This document shows, one piece after another, positions 49,593 to 58,618 of a DNA stretch of 64,000 nucleotides. The stretch lies in contig CAWIGG010000002.1 in assembly GCA_963835575.1 (NCBI GenBank), forward strand, positions 928,001 to 992,000. Reading direction: 5' to 3'. A program made the position numbers and the translations under genes. The notes beneath the pieces are model-generated. The model was not told the origin of the DNA and ran no database searches. It was given only the letters and a program-made list of their open reading frames with translations. This DNA comes from an uncultured Spirochaetota bacterium (GTDB lineage: Bacteria; Spirochaetota; Brevinematia; Brevinematales; JAOACQ01). The first letter of the stretch is position 1, and each line of letters opens with the position of its first letter.

Positions 49593-49771
49593 AAATAGAT
49601 AGGTGAATTTAGAAGGCTATTGCCTTTCAATTTTAATAGGAAAGATGGTGCAAATCCATCACGGTCCCGCCGCTGTAACCGGGGACGAAATCTATAACAG
49701 CCACTGGGTTTATCCTGGGAAGGCATAGAGAGTAGATGGATCCGGGAGTCAGAAAGCCTGCCTGACTATTC
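49593..49771 (+). promoter_or_regulatory. Cobalamin riboswitch 1
   Basis: AGGTG...TAATAGGAAA-GATGGTGCAAATCCATC-ACGGTCCCGCCGCTGTAA...GCCACTG...GGGAAGGC...AGTCAGAAAGCCTGCC B12 box; downstream stem CCTCATGGT/ACTATGAGG (49835-49857) occludes the btuF RBS. Confidence 0.92.
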
Positions 49772-49864
49772 ATAACCATAGTATTGCCATCCCGGAATGG
49801 CAGTATTCTACAGGGTAAAGAAAGCTGGGTGCACCCTCATGGTTTTTTACTATGAGGATATTGT

Positions 49865-50725
49865 ATGACAAAGATGCGTTTTTTTATCCTGAAATCTATT
49901 TTTTCAATCCTTTTCATTCTAGCAGATCCTTTCTTTTTGTTTTCCAATGAATATCAGCGCATTGTTTCACTGGGACCTGTTTTAACCGAAGAGCTTTATT
50001 TGCTGGGCGCAGATAGCCGCTTGATTGCTGACACTACTTATTGTATTCATCCGGAGGCGGCAAAAAATAAAACCAAAGCGGGAACTATTGTTGATATTGA
50101 TGTGGAAAAAACGGCCTATCTCAAGCCCGACCTTATCCTTGCTACAGGGCTGTCTGACCCGAATCAGCTTGAAAAGCTGAAAAAATTGGGCATTCATGTG
50201 GAAGTTTTCCTTCAGCCTAAGGATTATGATGAAATATGCACTCAATTTCTCCGACTGGCAAAACTTTGCAGCAGAGAAAAAGCGGCTGTTAAAATGGTCC
50301 GGAAAGCGAAAACGGAAGTTGAAAAAATACGAATTGCCGCGTCAAAACTGCCGGCGAAGAAGGTCTTTGTCCAGATCGGCTCCGAGCCTTTGTTCACCGT
50401 CAGTAAAGATTCCTTTATCCATGATTTTATTAAACTAGGCAATGGAGTCAATATCGCAGCGGATTCCGGCATTGGCTATTTCAGCAGGGAGAAAGTCCTT
50501 CAAGCCGATCCGGATAACATAATCATTTCAGATATGGGAATATCCGGTTCCGCTGAAACACAAAAATGGAACAAATTTCAAACGCTGGCCGCCGTGAAAA
50601 ACCATGCGGTCTTCACCATTGATTCTTATAGCCTCTGCAGCCCAACGCCGCTATCTTTTCCAGGCACTTTAAGGGAAATTACTTTTATGATCCATCCGGA
50701 ACTAAAAAAAGAGGCCCTGAAATGA
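49865..50725 (+). CDS. btuF: Cobalamin ABC transporter substrate-binding protein
   Basis: RIVSLGPVLTEELYLLGA, YCIHP and LKPDLIL; follows a B12 riboswitch. Confidence 0.85.
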   Translation: MTKMRFFILKSIFSILFILADPFFLFSNEYQRIVSLGPVLTEELYLLGADSRLIADTTYCIHPEAAKNKTKAGTIVDIDVEKTAYLKPDLILATGLSDPNQLEKLKKLGIHVEVFLQPKDYDEICTQFLRLAKLCSREKAAVKMVRKAKTEVEKIRIAASKLPAKKVFVQIGSEPLFTVSKDSFIHDFIKLGNGVNIAADSGIGYFSREKVLQADPDNIIISDMGISGSAETQKWNKFQTLAAVKNHAVFTIDSYSLCSPTPLSFPGTLREITFMIHPELKKEALK

Positions 50726-51729
50726 ATAAAAATTGGATAACCAGTCTTGTCTGGATTGCCATTCTTCTGCTGGTGCTGGCGGGTATTGTTCTTTTATCTT
50801 TGTGTACCGGATCATCAGGCATTCCGCTGGGAAAGCTCTGGAGTGCCTTGTTTTCTGGCAAAGCAGGCTTGGAACGGAGTATTCTTCTGGACATTCGGCT
50901 GCCGAGGATTGTACTCGGTTTCGCGGTCGGCGGCTCGCTGGGCCTGGCGGGCGTGATTTTACAGGGGCTTTTCCGGAACCCCCTTGTCGAGCCTTACACG
51001 CTGGGTATTTCGGGCGGCGCTGCCCTGGGAATCAGCTTTTGCATCGCTTTCAATATTAACCTGGCATTGGGTATCTTTTTTCTTCCGGCTTTTGGTTTTA
51101 TCGGGGCCTTGGGAGTGATTCTTCTGCTTTATTTTCTCGGGTGGAAGCGTAAAAGTCTTCCGGTCCAGAATATTCTCCTGCTGGGCGTTATGGTTACATT
51201 TATTTCTTCATCCTTACTCATGCTGATTATGTCTTTGTCCCGCGCGGAAAACCTTCAGAAAATCATCTTTTGGATGATGGGTTCATTAGAACAGCCGCGA
51301 TGGGAACTAATTTTATTCAGTTGTTTTATTTCCATTATTGGTCTTTTTATTTCGGGATTTTTTTCCACCAGCCTGAACGCGATGGCCTTGGGTGATGAAG
51401 GAGCCTTACATCTCGGTATTGACACGGAACAGACCAGAAAGATATTGTTTGTTATCGCCGCCGTTTTAACAAGCGTCAGTGTTTCGGTGGCGGGCATTAT
51501 CGGATTTGTCGGGCTTCTGGTGCCTCATTTCATGCGGCTGTGGGTCGGGAACGACTACCGGACGCTTTTATTTACGTCTTTTCTGGCGGGAGCTTCTTTT
51601 CTGATCCTTTCCGACACCATCGCCAGAACGATCATTTCTCCGCTGGAACTACCGGTGGGGGTGATTACCGGGCTGATCGGCGGCGTGCTGGTGATTTATA
51701 CCTTAAGCACCCGTAGGAAGGCCTTATGA
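50722..51729 (+). CDS. btuC: Cobalamin ABC transporter permease (FecCD family)
   Basis: IRLPR, QGLFRNPLVEPYTLGISGGA, GIIGFVGLLVPH and ELPVG. Confidence 0.88.
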   Translation: MNKNWITSLVWIAILLLVLAGIVLLSLCTGSSGIPLGKLWSALFSGKAGLERSILLDIRLPRIVLGFAVGGSLGLAGVILQGLFRNPLVEPYTLGISGGAALGISFCIAFNINLALGIFFLPAFGFIGALGVILLLYFLGWKRKSLPVQNILLLGVMVTFISSSLLMLIMSLSRAENLQKIIFWMMGSLEQPRWELILFSCFISIIGLFISGFFSTSLNAMALGDEGALHLGIDTEQTRKILFVIAAVLTSVSVSVAGIIGFVGLLVPHFMRLWVGNDYRTLLFTSFLAGASFLILSDTIARTIISPLELPVGVITGLIGGVLVIYTLSTRRKAL

Positions 51730-52556
51730 AAATACTGGAGCTGAATGGCTTAAAAGCCGGCTATGGTGGGCAGTTTTATCTGGATGGGATTGACCTCAAA
51801 ATCGAAAAAGGTGAAATAATCGGAATCATCGGGCCGAACGGCTCGGGCAAAACCACGCTTTTACGGGCTGTCAGCCGGATATTAAAACCGGAAAGCGGTA
51901 GAGTGTCGTTAAACGGGCAAAATATCTGGCAGATGAGAATGAATGACTTTGCCCAAAAAGTCGCTGTTGTGTCTCAACAGCCCGAGGCCGTCGATATGAA
52001 AGTCCGTGAATATGTGCTGATGGGAAGGCTTCCTTATCTGAAGGCTTTTCAGTTTTATGAGACCAGGAAAGATGAAAAAATCGCGGATCATTATCTATAC
52101 TTGACGGGAATTTCCGAATTGAAAGACAAGCTCTTTTTAGAAATCAGCGGCGGTGAAAGGCAGTTGGCGCAGATTGCCCGGGCACTGACGCAGGAGCCGG
52201 AAGTCCTTCTTCTGGATGAGCCGACATCGCATTTGGACATCAAGCACCAGGTGGAAATACTGGATTTAATCAGAAGGTTCAATAAAGACCTGGGGATTAC
52301 CATTGTGATGGTCATGCATGATCTGAACCTTGCCGCCGAATATTGCGGCAGGCTTTTGATGATGAACAATGGCAAAGCGGCGCGGCTTGGAACGCCCGAA
52401 GAAGTGCTGACATACCAGCAGATTGAAGAAGTTTATCAGACGGTGGTGATCGTACGAAATAATCCGTTGTCGTTGAAACCGTACGTTTTTTTAGTATCGG
52501 AAGAGGAAAAAATAAAAAGCAATAGTCAAGGGAATCCTGTTCAAATCAGGAGCTGA
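51726..52556 (+). CDS. btuD: Cobalamin ABC transporter ATP-binding protein
   Basis: GPNGSGKT, ISGGERQ, LLLDEPTSHLD and MHDLNLA. Confidence 0.88.
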   Translation: MKILELNGLKAGYGGQFYLDGIDLKIEKGEIIGIIGPNGSGKTTLLRAVSRILKPESGRVSLNGQNIWQMRMNDFAQKVAVVSQQPEAVDMKVREYVLMGRLPYLKAFQFYETRKDEKIADHYLYLTGISELKDKLFLEISGGERQLAQIARALTQEPEVLLLDEPTSHLDIKHQVEILDLIRRFNKDLGITIVMVMHDLNLAAEYCGRLLMMNNGKAARLGTPEEVLTYQQIEEVYQTVVIVRNNPLSLKPYVFLVSEEEKIKSNSQGNPVQIRS

Positions 52557-52682
52557 CCCGCAGCTGTAATCCCGAACGCCCGCCGCCGATCGATCAGCTG
52601 GGCGCAACAGGCCGGAGTTGCCATTGCCTGAAAAGGCGAGAAGGCTGCCTGTTGGGGGAAAGCCAGAAGACCTGCTGTTGCT
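52518..52682 (+). promoter_or_regulatory. Cobalamin riboswitch 2 (overlaps the btuD 3' end)
   Basis: P1 AGCAATAG/CTGTTGCT; AAGGGAA-TCCTGTTCAAATCAGGA-GCTGACCCGCAGCTGTAA; GCCATTG...GAGAAGGC; AGCCAGAAGACCTGC B12 box. Confidence 0.85.
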
Positions 52683-52792
52683 GAAATCCTTCGCGGAATA
52701 AGGAGACTGTTATGACAGTGAAAGTTTTAATAACATGAGTTTATAATTAATGGGTGTCCCATCCTTTGTGCTAATTTGCATCATGCCTTCAG

Positions 52793-52858
52793 CCTCCATC
52801 CCCTTTCTCGACTGCGGCGGAAAATGGGGATGGGGTGGCCGATAGGCCGGGGTGAGGC
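52793..52858. repeat. REP-like GC-rich hairpin element
   Basis: CCATCCCCTTT...AAAATGGGGATGG stem followed by GGGGTGGCCGATAGGCCGGGGTGAGG, resembling the ...GGCCGGGGTGAGG intergenic repeat family. Confidence 0.4.
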
Positions 52859-52904
52859 AAAATATTTTTGTGTTTTGTAGAACAAATTTCAGGAGAAAAT
52901 AACT

Positions 52905-54815
52905 ATGTTAAAAAATATTATATTACTAAGTATATTGATTGGGATAGAAGCTGTTGGATATAGCCTGGATGATACCAATCAGAATGAAAAGCTAACCAAT
53001 TATGTTATGCCGGAGGTTGTCATTACTGCCTCGAAATATGTCCAGCCAGAAAAAGAAGTCGCGTCGGCGGTTACTATAATCAGCGCGGAAGACATAGAGA
53101 AGAAAAAAGGCTCAGATGTCAAAGACCTTTTAAGAGATGTACCGGGTGTGGAGGTTTCTCAGGCCGGCGATTTTGGCGGCATTGCGAATGTTTATCTTCG
53201 CGGAACAATGCCGGGCAGTACGCTGGTGATGATTGACGGTGTGCCGGCCAATAGTCCAGGAAGCGTTGATAATTCGTTCAATTTTGCCTTTCTCAATACC
53301 GACAACATTGATAGGATTGAGATCATCCGAGGGCCGCAAAGCGCCCTCTACGGCTCCGGTGCGATCGGCGGGGTGATTAATATTATTACAAAAAAAGGCA
53401 AGGGGGTGCCGCAGAGCTTCGGCGAAATGAGTGCCGGAAGTTACAATACCTACAAAATCGCTGCCGGTACCAGAGGCGAAATCAGCAACTGGAATTACGC
53501 GCTTACATTGTCTCATGAAACAAGTGATGGTATTTCCAAAGCGGCATTGAGCAATACGATTGCCGATCCTGAGAAGGACGGATTTGAAGCTACCAGTTTT
53601 TCGGCAAATGTTGGTTTTATCCCGTTTGACGGCGCTTCATTGGATTATGTCCTGAGCTATAATTATGGCAAAACGGATATGGACGGCGGCGCCTATATTG
53701 ACGAGCTGAACAGCTGGTTTGATAATGAAGATTTGTCCATGCTCCTCACATTCAGGCAGAAGGCCGTTGAATGGTGGAATTATCAGATAGCCGTTTCTTA
53801 CTTTAACAACAAATATGACTACAATAATACGATGATCCAGGCTTCCGCCGTAATGGATACAAACAGTAACATTACGGTTTCCGCCACGGACACATTTATG
53901 AACTATTGGTATAAAGGCTATAGTTTCAAAGGTTCTTTTCAAAACAGCCTGACAGTCTTTAATATCAATAATTTAACAAGCGGTATAGACTGCGAGCTGG
54001 ACGACGCTTATAACACAGAAACCAACCTCGAAATTTTTAGGACGAATGCCAGTATTTATGCTGAAGACAGTATTAAGCTTTTAGATATCTTAATTCCATC
54101 CATAGGCGGTCGTCTGGACTACAGCCCGGATTATGGAATTGTGACGACCTTCAAGTTGTCGAGCATCTGTATGTTCTCGAATATCGGATTAAGCCTGAAA
54201 GCCAACTACGGTTCCGGCTTTAAAGCGCCGTCGCTTTACCAGTTATATTCACCTTACGGTAATACTAATTTAAAGCCGCAACAGAGCACCGGTTTTGATG
54301 TTGGGTTTACAGAATATCTCTGGGATGACAAGGTTGTTTTAGATGCAGCTTATTTCAAGAACGATTCATCCAACCGCATCGATTATGATTATTCCATTTA
54401 TCAGTATATTAATATCACCAACAGCCGTTCATGGGGCGTCGAGGCATCGCTTGTTCTCCGGCCTTTGGAATTTCTATCACTGAAGGTTGACTATACCTAC
54501 ACCTACTCTATTGATCTGGATTCAGGCCTTCAGCTTCTGAAGATACCTCAACATAAGGGCGGTATCGAGGCAGGAGTTACGCCATTTAAAGGGCTGGACT
54601 TGATTGTCGATGTGAATTATACGGGCAGACGCTTTGATTACCCAAGGGTAGAACTCCCGGATTACGTGAAGACGGATGTATTCGTAAATTACAGGAATAA
54701 AAATGTCGTTGTTTTCGGCAGTATAGATAATCTGTTCAATGTGGTTTATCAAGATACTTACGGCTATCTGACGCCAGGAATTAACTTCAAAGCAGGCATC
54801 CGTTATGAACTGTAA
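52905..54815 (+). CDS. btuB: TonB-dependent cobalamin receptor
   Basis: EVVITAS TonB box, plug domain (LVMIDGVP, IDRIEIIRGPQSALYGSGAIGGVINIIT), GFKAPSLYQLY and NLFN..Y; B12 context. Confidence 0.88.
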   Translation: MLKNIILLSILIGIEAVGYSLDDTNQNEKLTNYVMPEVVITASKYVQPEKEVASAVTIISAEDIEKKKGSDVKDLLRDVPGVEVSQAGDFGGIANVYLRGTMPGSTLVMIDGVPANSPGSVDNSFNFAFLNTDNIDRIEIIRGPQSALYGSGAIGGVINIITKKGKGVPQSFGEMSAGSYNTYKIAAGTRGEISNWNYALTLSHETSDGISKAALSNTIADPEKDGFEATSFSANVGFIPFDGASLDYVLSYNYGKTDMDGGAYIDELNSWFDNEDLSMLLTFRQKAVEWWNYQIAVSYFNNKYDYNNTMIQASAVMDTNSNITVSATDTFMNYWYKGYSFKGSFQNSLTVFNINNLTSGIDCELDDAYNTETNLEIFRTNASIYAEDSIKLLDILIPSIGGRLDYSPDYGIVTTFKLSSICMFSNIGLSLKANYGSGFKAPSLYQLYSPYGNTNLKPQQSTGFDVGFTEYLWDDKVVLDAAYFKNDSSNRIDYDYSIYQYINITNSRSWGVEASLVLRPLEFLSLKVDYTYTYSIDLDSGLQLLKIPQHKGGIEAGVTPFKGLDLIVDVNYTGRRFDYPRVELPDYVKTDVFVNYRNKNVVVFGSIDNLFNVVYQDTYGYLTPGINFKAGIRYEL

Positions 54816-54824
54816 GGAGTGATT

Positions 54825-56321
54825 ATGGCAAGAGCACTCATGATCCAGGGCACAGGCTCTGGGGCTGGGAAATCTATTATTACCGCCGGTTTGTGCAGGA
54901 TATTCAGCAACCAAGGCTATAAAACGGCCCCGTTCAAGGCCCAGAACATGGCGCTCAACTCCTTTGTTACCAGTGATTCCCTCGAAATCGGCCGGGCGCA
55001 GGCGCTTCAGGCTGTGGCGGCCAGGGCTACTGCCGATGTGAGGATGAATCCGGTGCTTTTGAAACCCGCCGCGGATGACCGTTCGCAGGTGGTTGTGATG
55101 GGTAAAGCGCTTTCTCATATGGCTTTCCGCGAGTATATGCAGATGAAGGATGAATTAAAAGAAACCGTCCGGAGGGCTTATGAATCGCTTGCGGCTGAGT
55201 TTGATATTATTATTCTCGAAGGGGCGGGCTCTCCCGCCGAAATTAATCTGAGGGACAACGATTTTGTGAACATGCATTCGGCCTTTATGGCAAAGGCGCC
55301 GGTGCTAATCGTTGGCGACATTGACCGCGGAGGGGTTTTAGCAAGCCTTGTAGGAACAATGGAACTGCTGGATTCCAGGGAGAAAGAGCAGGTTGCCGGG
55401 TTTATCATCAATAAGTTCAGGGGTGATCGGACGCTGCTGGAGCCGGGCATCACATTCCTGGAGCAGAAAACAGGGAAGCATGTCTTTGGAGTTATTCCTA
55501 TGCTGAAAGGCCTGAACCTTCCTGAAGAAGATTCCGTGCCTCTGGAAATGCACGAGGATAAAAGTGTGAAAAATACCGCGGCCATCAATATCGTCGTTAT
55601 CGCTCTGCCGCATCTGTCCAATTTCACGGACTTCGGTGCTTTTGCGAATGAAAGCGGTACGGCGCTTTATTATACCCGAGACCCAGAGTCGTTAAAACAG
55701 GCCGACATTGTGATGATTCCGGGCAGTAAAAATACACTGGAAGATATGGAATTTTTGGAACAATCCGGCTTTTCTTCAGCCCTGCGTTGCGCGGCTTACA
55801 ATGGGAAAAGAATTATCGGCATTTGCGGTGGTTACCAGATGCTGGGCAATCTGATTGAAGACTCGGAATTCGTGGAGTCCGGTAAAAATGCAGTAAAGGG
55901 GCTGGGCCTTCTTGATATGACAACGGTGTTCCGAAAGGATAAAATATTAAAGCAGACCAGGGCCGTGTGCAAAACAAACGGCTGTTTGGTGGAAGGCTAT
56001 GAAATCCATCACGGTGTTTCGGAATCGAGGGAACGTGTGTTTATAGAGGATGAAGAACGGCAGACCCTGGGGAGCATCAATAAAACCGGGAAAATCTGGG
56101 GCTCTTATCTTCATGGAATATTTGATGGGGCGGAATTCCGCCTTTCGTTTCTGAATGAGGTCAGGTCCGATAAAGGCCTGGCCCCATCGGAAAAAGTCTC
56201 AGAATATGATATTAATGAAAGTCTCGACCGTCTGGCCGGGATCCTTGAAGAAGCCCTGGACATAAAATCAATCTGCCGGCTGATGGGGCTGCCGGGCAAG
56301 AAGAGAGGGGGGATTTTGTGA
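54825..56321 (+). CDS. cobQ: Cobyric acid synthase
   Basis: GTGSGAGKS, PFKAQNMALNS, MNPVLLKP, EGAGSPAEINL, GICGGYQMLG, GYEIHHG and YLHGIFD. Confidence 0.96.
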   Translation: MARALMIQGTGSGAGKSIITAGLCRIFSNQGYKTAPFKAQNMALNSFVTSDSLEIGRAQALQAVAARATADVRMNPVLLKPAADDRSQVVVMGKALSHMAFREYMQMKDELKETVRRAYESLAAEFDIIILEGAGSPAEINLRDNDFVNMHSAFMAKAPVLIVGDIDRGGVLASLVGTMELLDSREKEQVAGFIINKFRGDRTLLEPGITFLEQKTGKHVFGVIPMLKGLNLPEEDSVPLEMHEDKSVKNTAAINIVVIALPHLSNFTDFGAFANESGTALYYTRDPESLKQADIVMIPGSKNTLEDMEFLEQSGFSSALRCAAYNGKRIIGICGGYQMLGNLIEDSEFVESGKNAVKGLGLLDMTTVFRKDKILKQTRAVCKTNGCLVEGYEIHHGVSESRERVFIEDEERQTLGSINKTGKIWGSYLHGIFDGAEFRLSFLNEVRSDKGLAPSEKVSEYDINESLDRLAGILEEALDIKSICRLMGLPGKKRGGIL

Positions 56322-56962
56322 ACCGTATTATTTTTATTACAGGCGGCGCCCGGTCGGGCAAAAGCTCTTTCGCGGAAAGCGTTGCCTTACAAATTAACCG
56401 GAGCGGCATCAGCGGAAGTAAGGCCGCTTATATCGCGACGGCCCAGATTGCCGACGCGGAATTCCAGAAGAGAATTGAAAAGCACCGGCAAAAAAGGGGT
56501 GATATGTATCAGATTTATGAGGAGGGCCTGGAATTGTCCGCACTGTTAAAGAAAATCAATCATGAGCACTCCGTCTTTTTGATCGAATGTTTGACAACCT
56601 GGCTGGGTAATGTTTTTTTCCATAAAGGTCAGGCCGCCGCTGAAGATTTTATCAGCTGTGAATTGGACCAGATCGGCTTATTATTCCAGAAGAAAGCGGA
56701 ATACAAGCCGAAAGAGCTGCCGGAAATGCTTCATCAAGCCGAAAGTGGCGATTTTTCACCAGGGTTTTACAACATTCTGCATCAAAGCAAAGAAGACAAA
56801 CGGCTTATTATTGTTTCCAATGAACTGGGGCAGGGGATTGTTCCCGCTGATCCGGAGAGCCGTAGCTACCGCGATGTCCATGGCCGGATGAACCAGAGGA
56901 TGGCAGAAATGGCGGACTTTGCTTATTACACCATTGCCGGTTTAATCAGGAGGATCAAATGA
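56318..56962 (+). CDS. cobU: Adenosylcobinamide kinase/cobinamide-phosphate guanylyltransferase
   Basis: TGGARSGKSSFAE, YIATA, RIEKHR, ECLTTWLGN and VSNELGQGIVP. Confidence 0.93.
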   Translation: MNRIIFITGGARSGKSSFAESVALQINRSGISGSKAAYIATAQIADAEFQKRIEKHRQKRGDMYQIYEEGLELSALLKKINHEHSVFLIECLTTWLGNVFFHKGQAAAEDFISCELDQIGLLFQKKAEYKPKELPEMLHQAESGDFSPGFYNILHQSKEDKRLIIVSNELGQGIVPADPESRSYRDVHGRMNQRMAEMADFAYYTIAGLIRRIK

Positions 56963-57753
56963 GAGAATGGGGGAGAGCCTTTGCCGCTGCCTTTACTCTT
57001 TTGACCCGGGTTCCCCTTCCTTTCGGCCGCGGTGTTTTGTATACGGAAAAGCAGATTGCCCGCTCTTCGGTCTTTTTTCCACTTATCGGTCTATTGTATG
57101 GACTCGCGCTGTTTGGCGTTTATCAGCTTTTATCTTGCCTAAAAGCAGGGCTTGGCATTACCGCTTTTATCCTGCTGGCGCTGCCGTATCTGCTCAACCG
57201 GTTTTTTCATTTTGACGGTCTCTGCGATTGCCTGGATGCTTTTCTATCCGACAAATCGAAGGATGAAAGGCTCGCAATTCTGAAAGACAGCCATGTCGGC
57301 AGTTTTGCCCTGGGAGGCACGGCGCTGTATTTATTGCTGAAATACATTCTGATTAAAAATCTGATTGTGGTCCCATCCCTCGTGCCTTATCTGATAGTTT
57401 ATCCTGTTTTGGCCCGCTTCAGTATGGTATTGGTTTCCTACCGCTCGAAATATCCCAGGGAAAAAGGCACCGGGATGGCGCTGATCGGGAAAATCGGTGG
57501 TGTGGATTTTATTTTATCGATTATGATGAGCCTATTAATCATGGCTGGAATTTATTTCAGCTTTCCGCTTTACTGGTCTTATTTATGCCTCGCTTTTGTG
57601 GCCTGCATTCTATGGGCGTTGGTCATGAAAGCCTATTCATACCGTAAAATCGGCGGTTTGACCGGCGATGTGTTGGGCGCGGTTAATGAAATAGCTGAAG
57701 TGCTCATTCCCGCCATCGTTTTGATTTTATGGAAAGCAGGAGCCGGAAAATGA
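56959..57753 (+). CDS. cobS: Adenosylcobinamide-GDP ribazoletransferase (cobalamin synthase)
   Basis: LLTRVP, FPLIG, HFDGLCDCLDA, ILKDSHVGSFA and IGGLTGDVLGA. Confidence 0.93.
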   Translation: MREWGRAFAAAFTLLTRVPLPFGRGVLYTEKQIARSSVFFPLIGLLYGLALFGVYQLLSCLKAGLGITAFILLALPYLLNRFFHFDGLCDCLDAFLSDKSKDERLAILKDSHVGSFALGGTALYLLLKYILIKNLIVVPSLVPYLIVYPVLARFSMVLVSYRSKYPREKGTGMALIGKIGGVDFILSIMMSLLIMAGIYFSFPLYWSYLCLAFVACILWALVMKAYSYRKIGGLTGDVLGAVNEIAEVLIPAIVLILWKAGAGK

Positions 57754-58580
57754 TGAAAGATTACCGCAAACAATTTCCTTTCTGCATCGGGACAACCTCA
57801 TACATTATTCCTTTTGAGAAAGACCACGTTGTCCAGAACGTGTTTTATTTGAAGGATTTTGTGGACAGTATCCAGCTTCTCTATTTTTCTAAGGAATATA
57901 TTGAAGATGTCGCGTCTCAGAAAATTGTCCGACGGTTGAAAGACATCCAAAAAGCTTCTCTGGTGGAATATTCCGTCCATCTGCCTGTCGACATGACGCT
58001 TTTTGATCTAGACTGGAGCGGGCTTTTGAAGCTGATAGGGTTTTTAAAAGAAATAATGGAGCGCTCTGCTCCGCTGAATGTGGAGCAATATGTCCTCCAC
58101 ATTGATGGAAAGTTTATGGCCGCTCTTCCGGCGGCAGTCCAAAAGAAAAGGTTCGGCCAAATCCTATGGGCCCTTTGCGAAAACATGCCGTTCGAGCGTC
58201 CAAAACTGCTAATTGAAAATCTTGACTATGATCTTACGGCATTTCGAGAGGAATTAGAAGAATTTGATATGCCCGTCTGCATGGACATCGGGCATTTGAT
58301 GAAGCATGGACAGGATATTGGCTTATTTATAGAAGCGTTCGGCCGGCGCGTCCGGCAAATCCACCTGCATGGTATTGAAGAGCAGAAAGACCATACCTCA
58401 CTGTCCCGTACAAAAGCGGCAGCCTTAAATCCAGCGGTGGAATTTATCAAAGCGTTCCGAGGAACGGTCATCCTTGAGGTTTACAACCGGGAAGACCTTG
58501 AGGATTCTCTGGAGTTTCTGAAAGGGATGGTGTGGCATGATAGCGGTGGGGATGAGTTGAGAATTCAGAAAGAACGGTAA
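57750..58580 (+). CDS. cbiR: Cobamide remodelling phosphodiesterase (AP-endonuclease-2 TIM barrel)
   Basis: IGTTSYIIP, YSVHLP, YVLH, IENL, CMDIGH, IHLHG...DH and ILEV metal-binding pattern; lies between cobS and cobT. Confidence 0.8.
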   Translation: MMKDYRKQFPFCIGTTSYIIPFEKDHVVQNVFYLKDFVDSIQLLYFSKEYIEDVASQKIVRRLKDIQKASLVEYSVHLPVDMTLFDLDWSGLLKLIGFLKEIMERSAPLNVEQYVLHIDGKFMAALPAAVQKKRFGQILWALCENMPFERPKLLIENLDYDLTAFREELEEFDMPVCMDIGHLMKHGQDIGLFIEAFGRRVRQIHLHGIEEQKDHTSLSRTKAAALNPAVEFIKAFRGTVILEVYNREDLEDSLEFLKGMVWHDSGGDELRIQKER

Positions 58581-58618
58581 TGTAAAATAAGAATTCAAAA
58601 ATAAAAAAGGAGATAACT

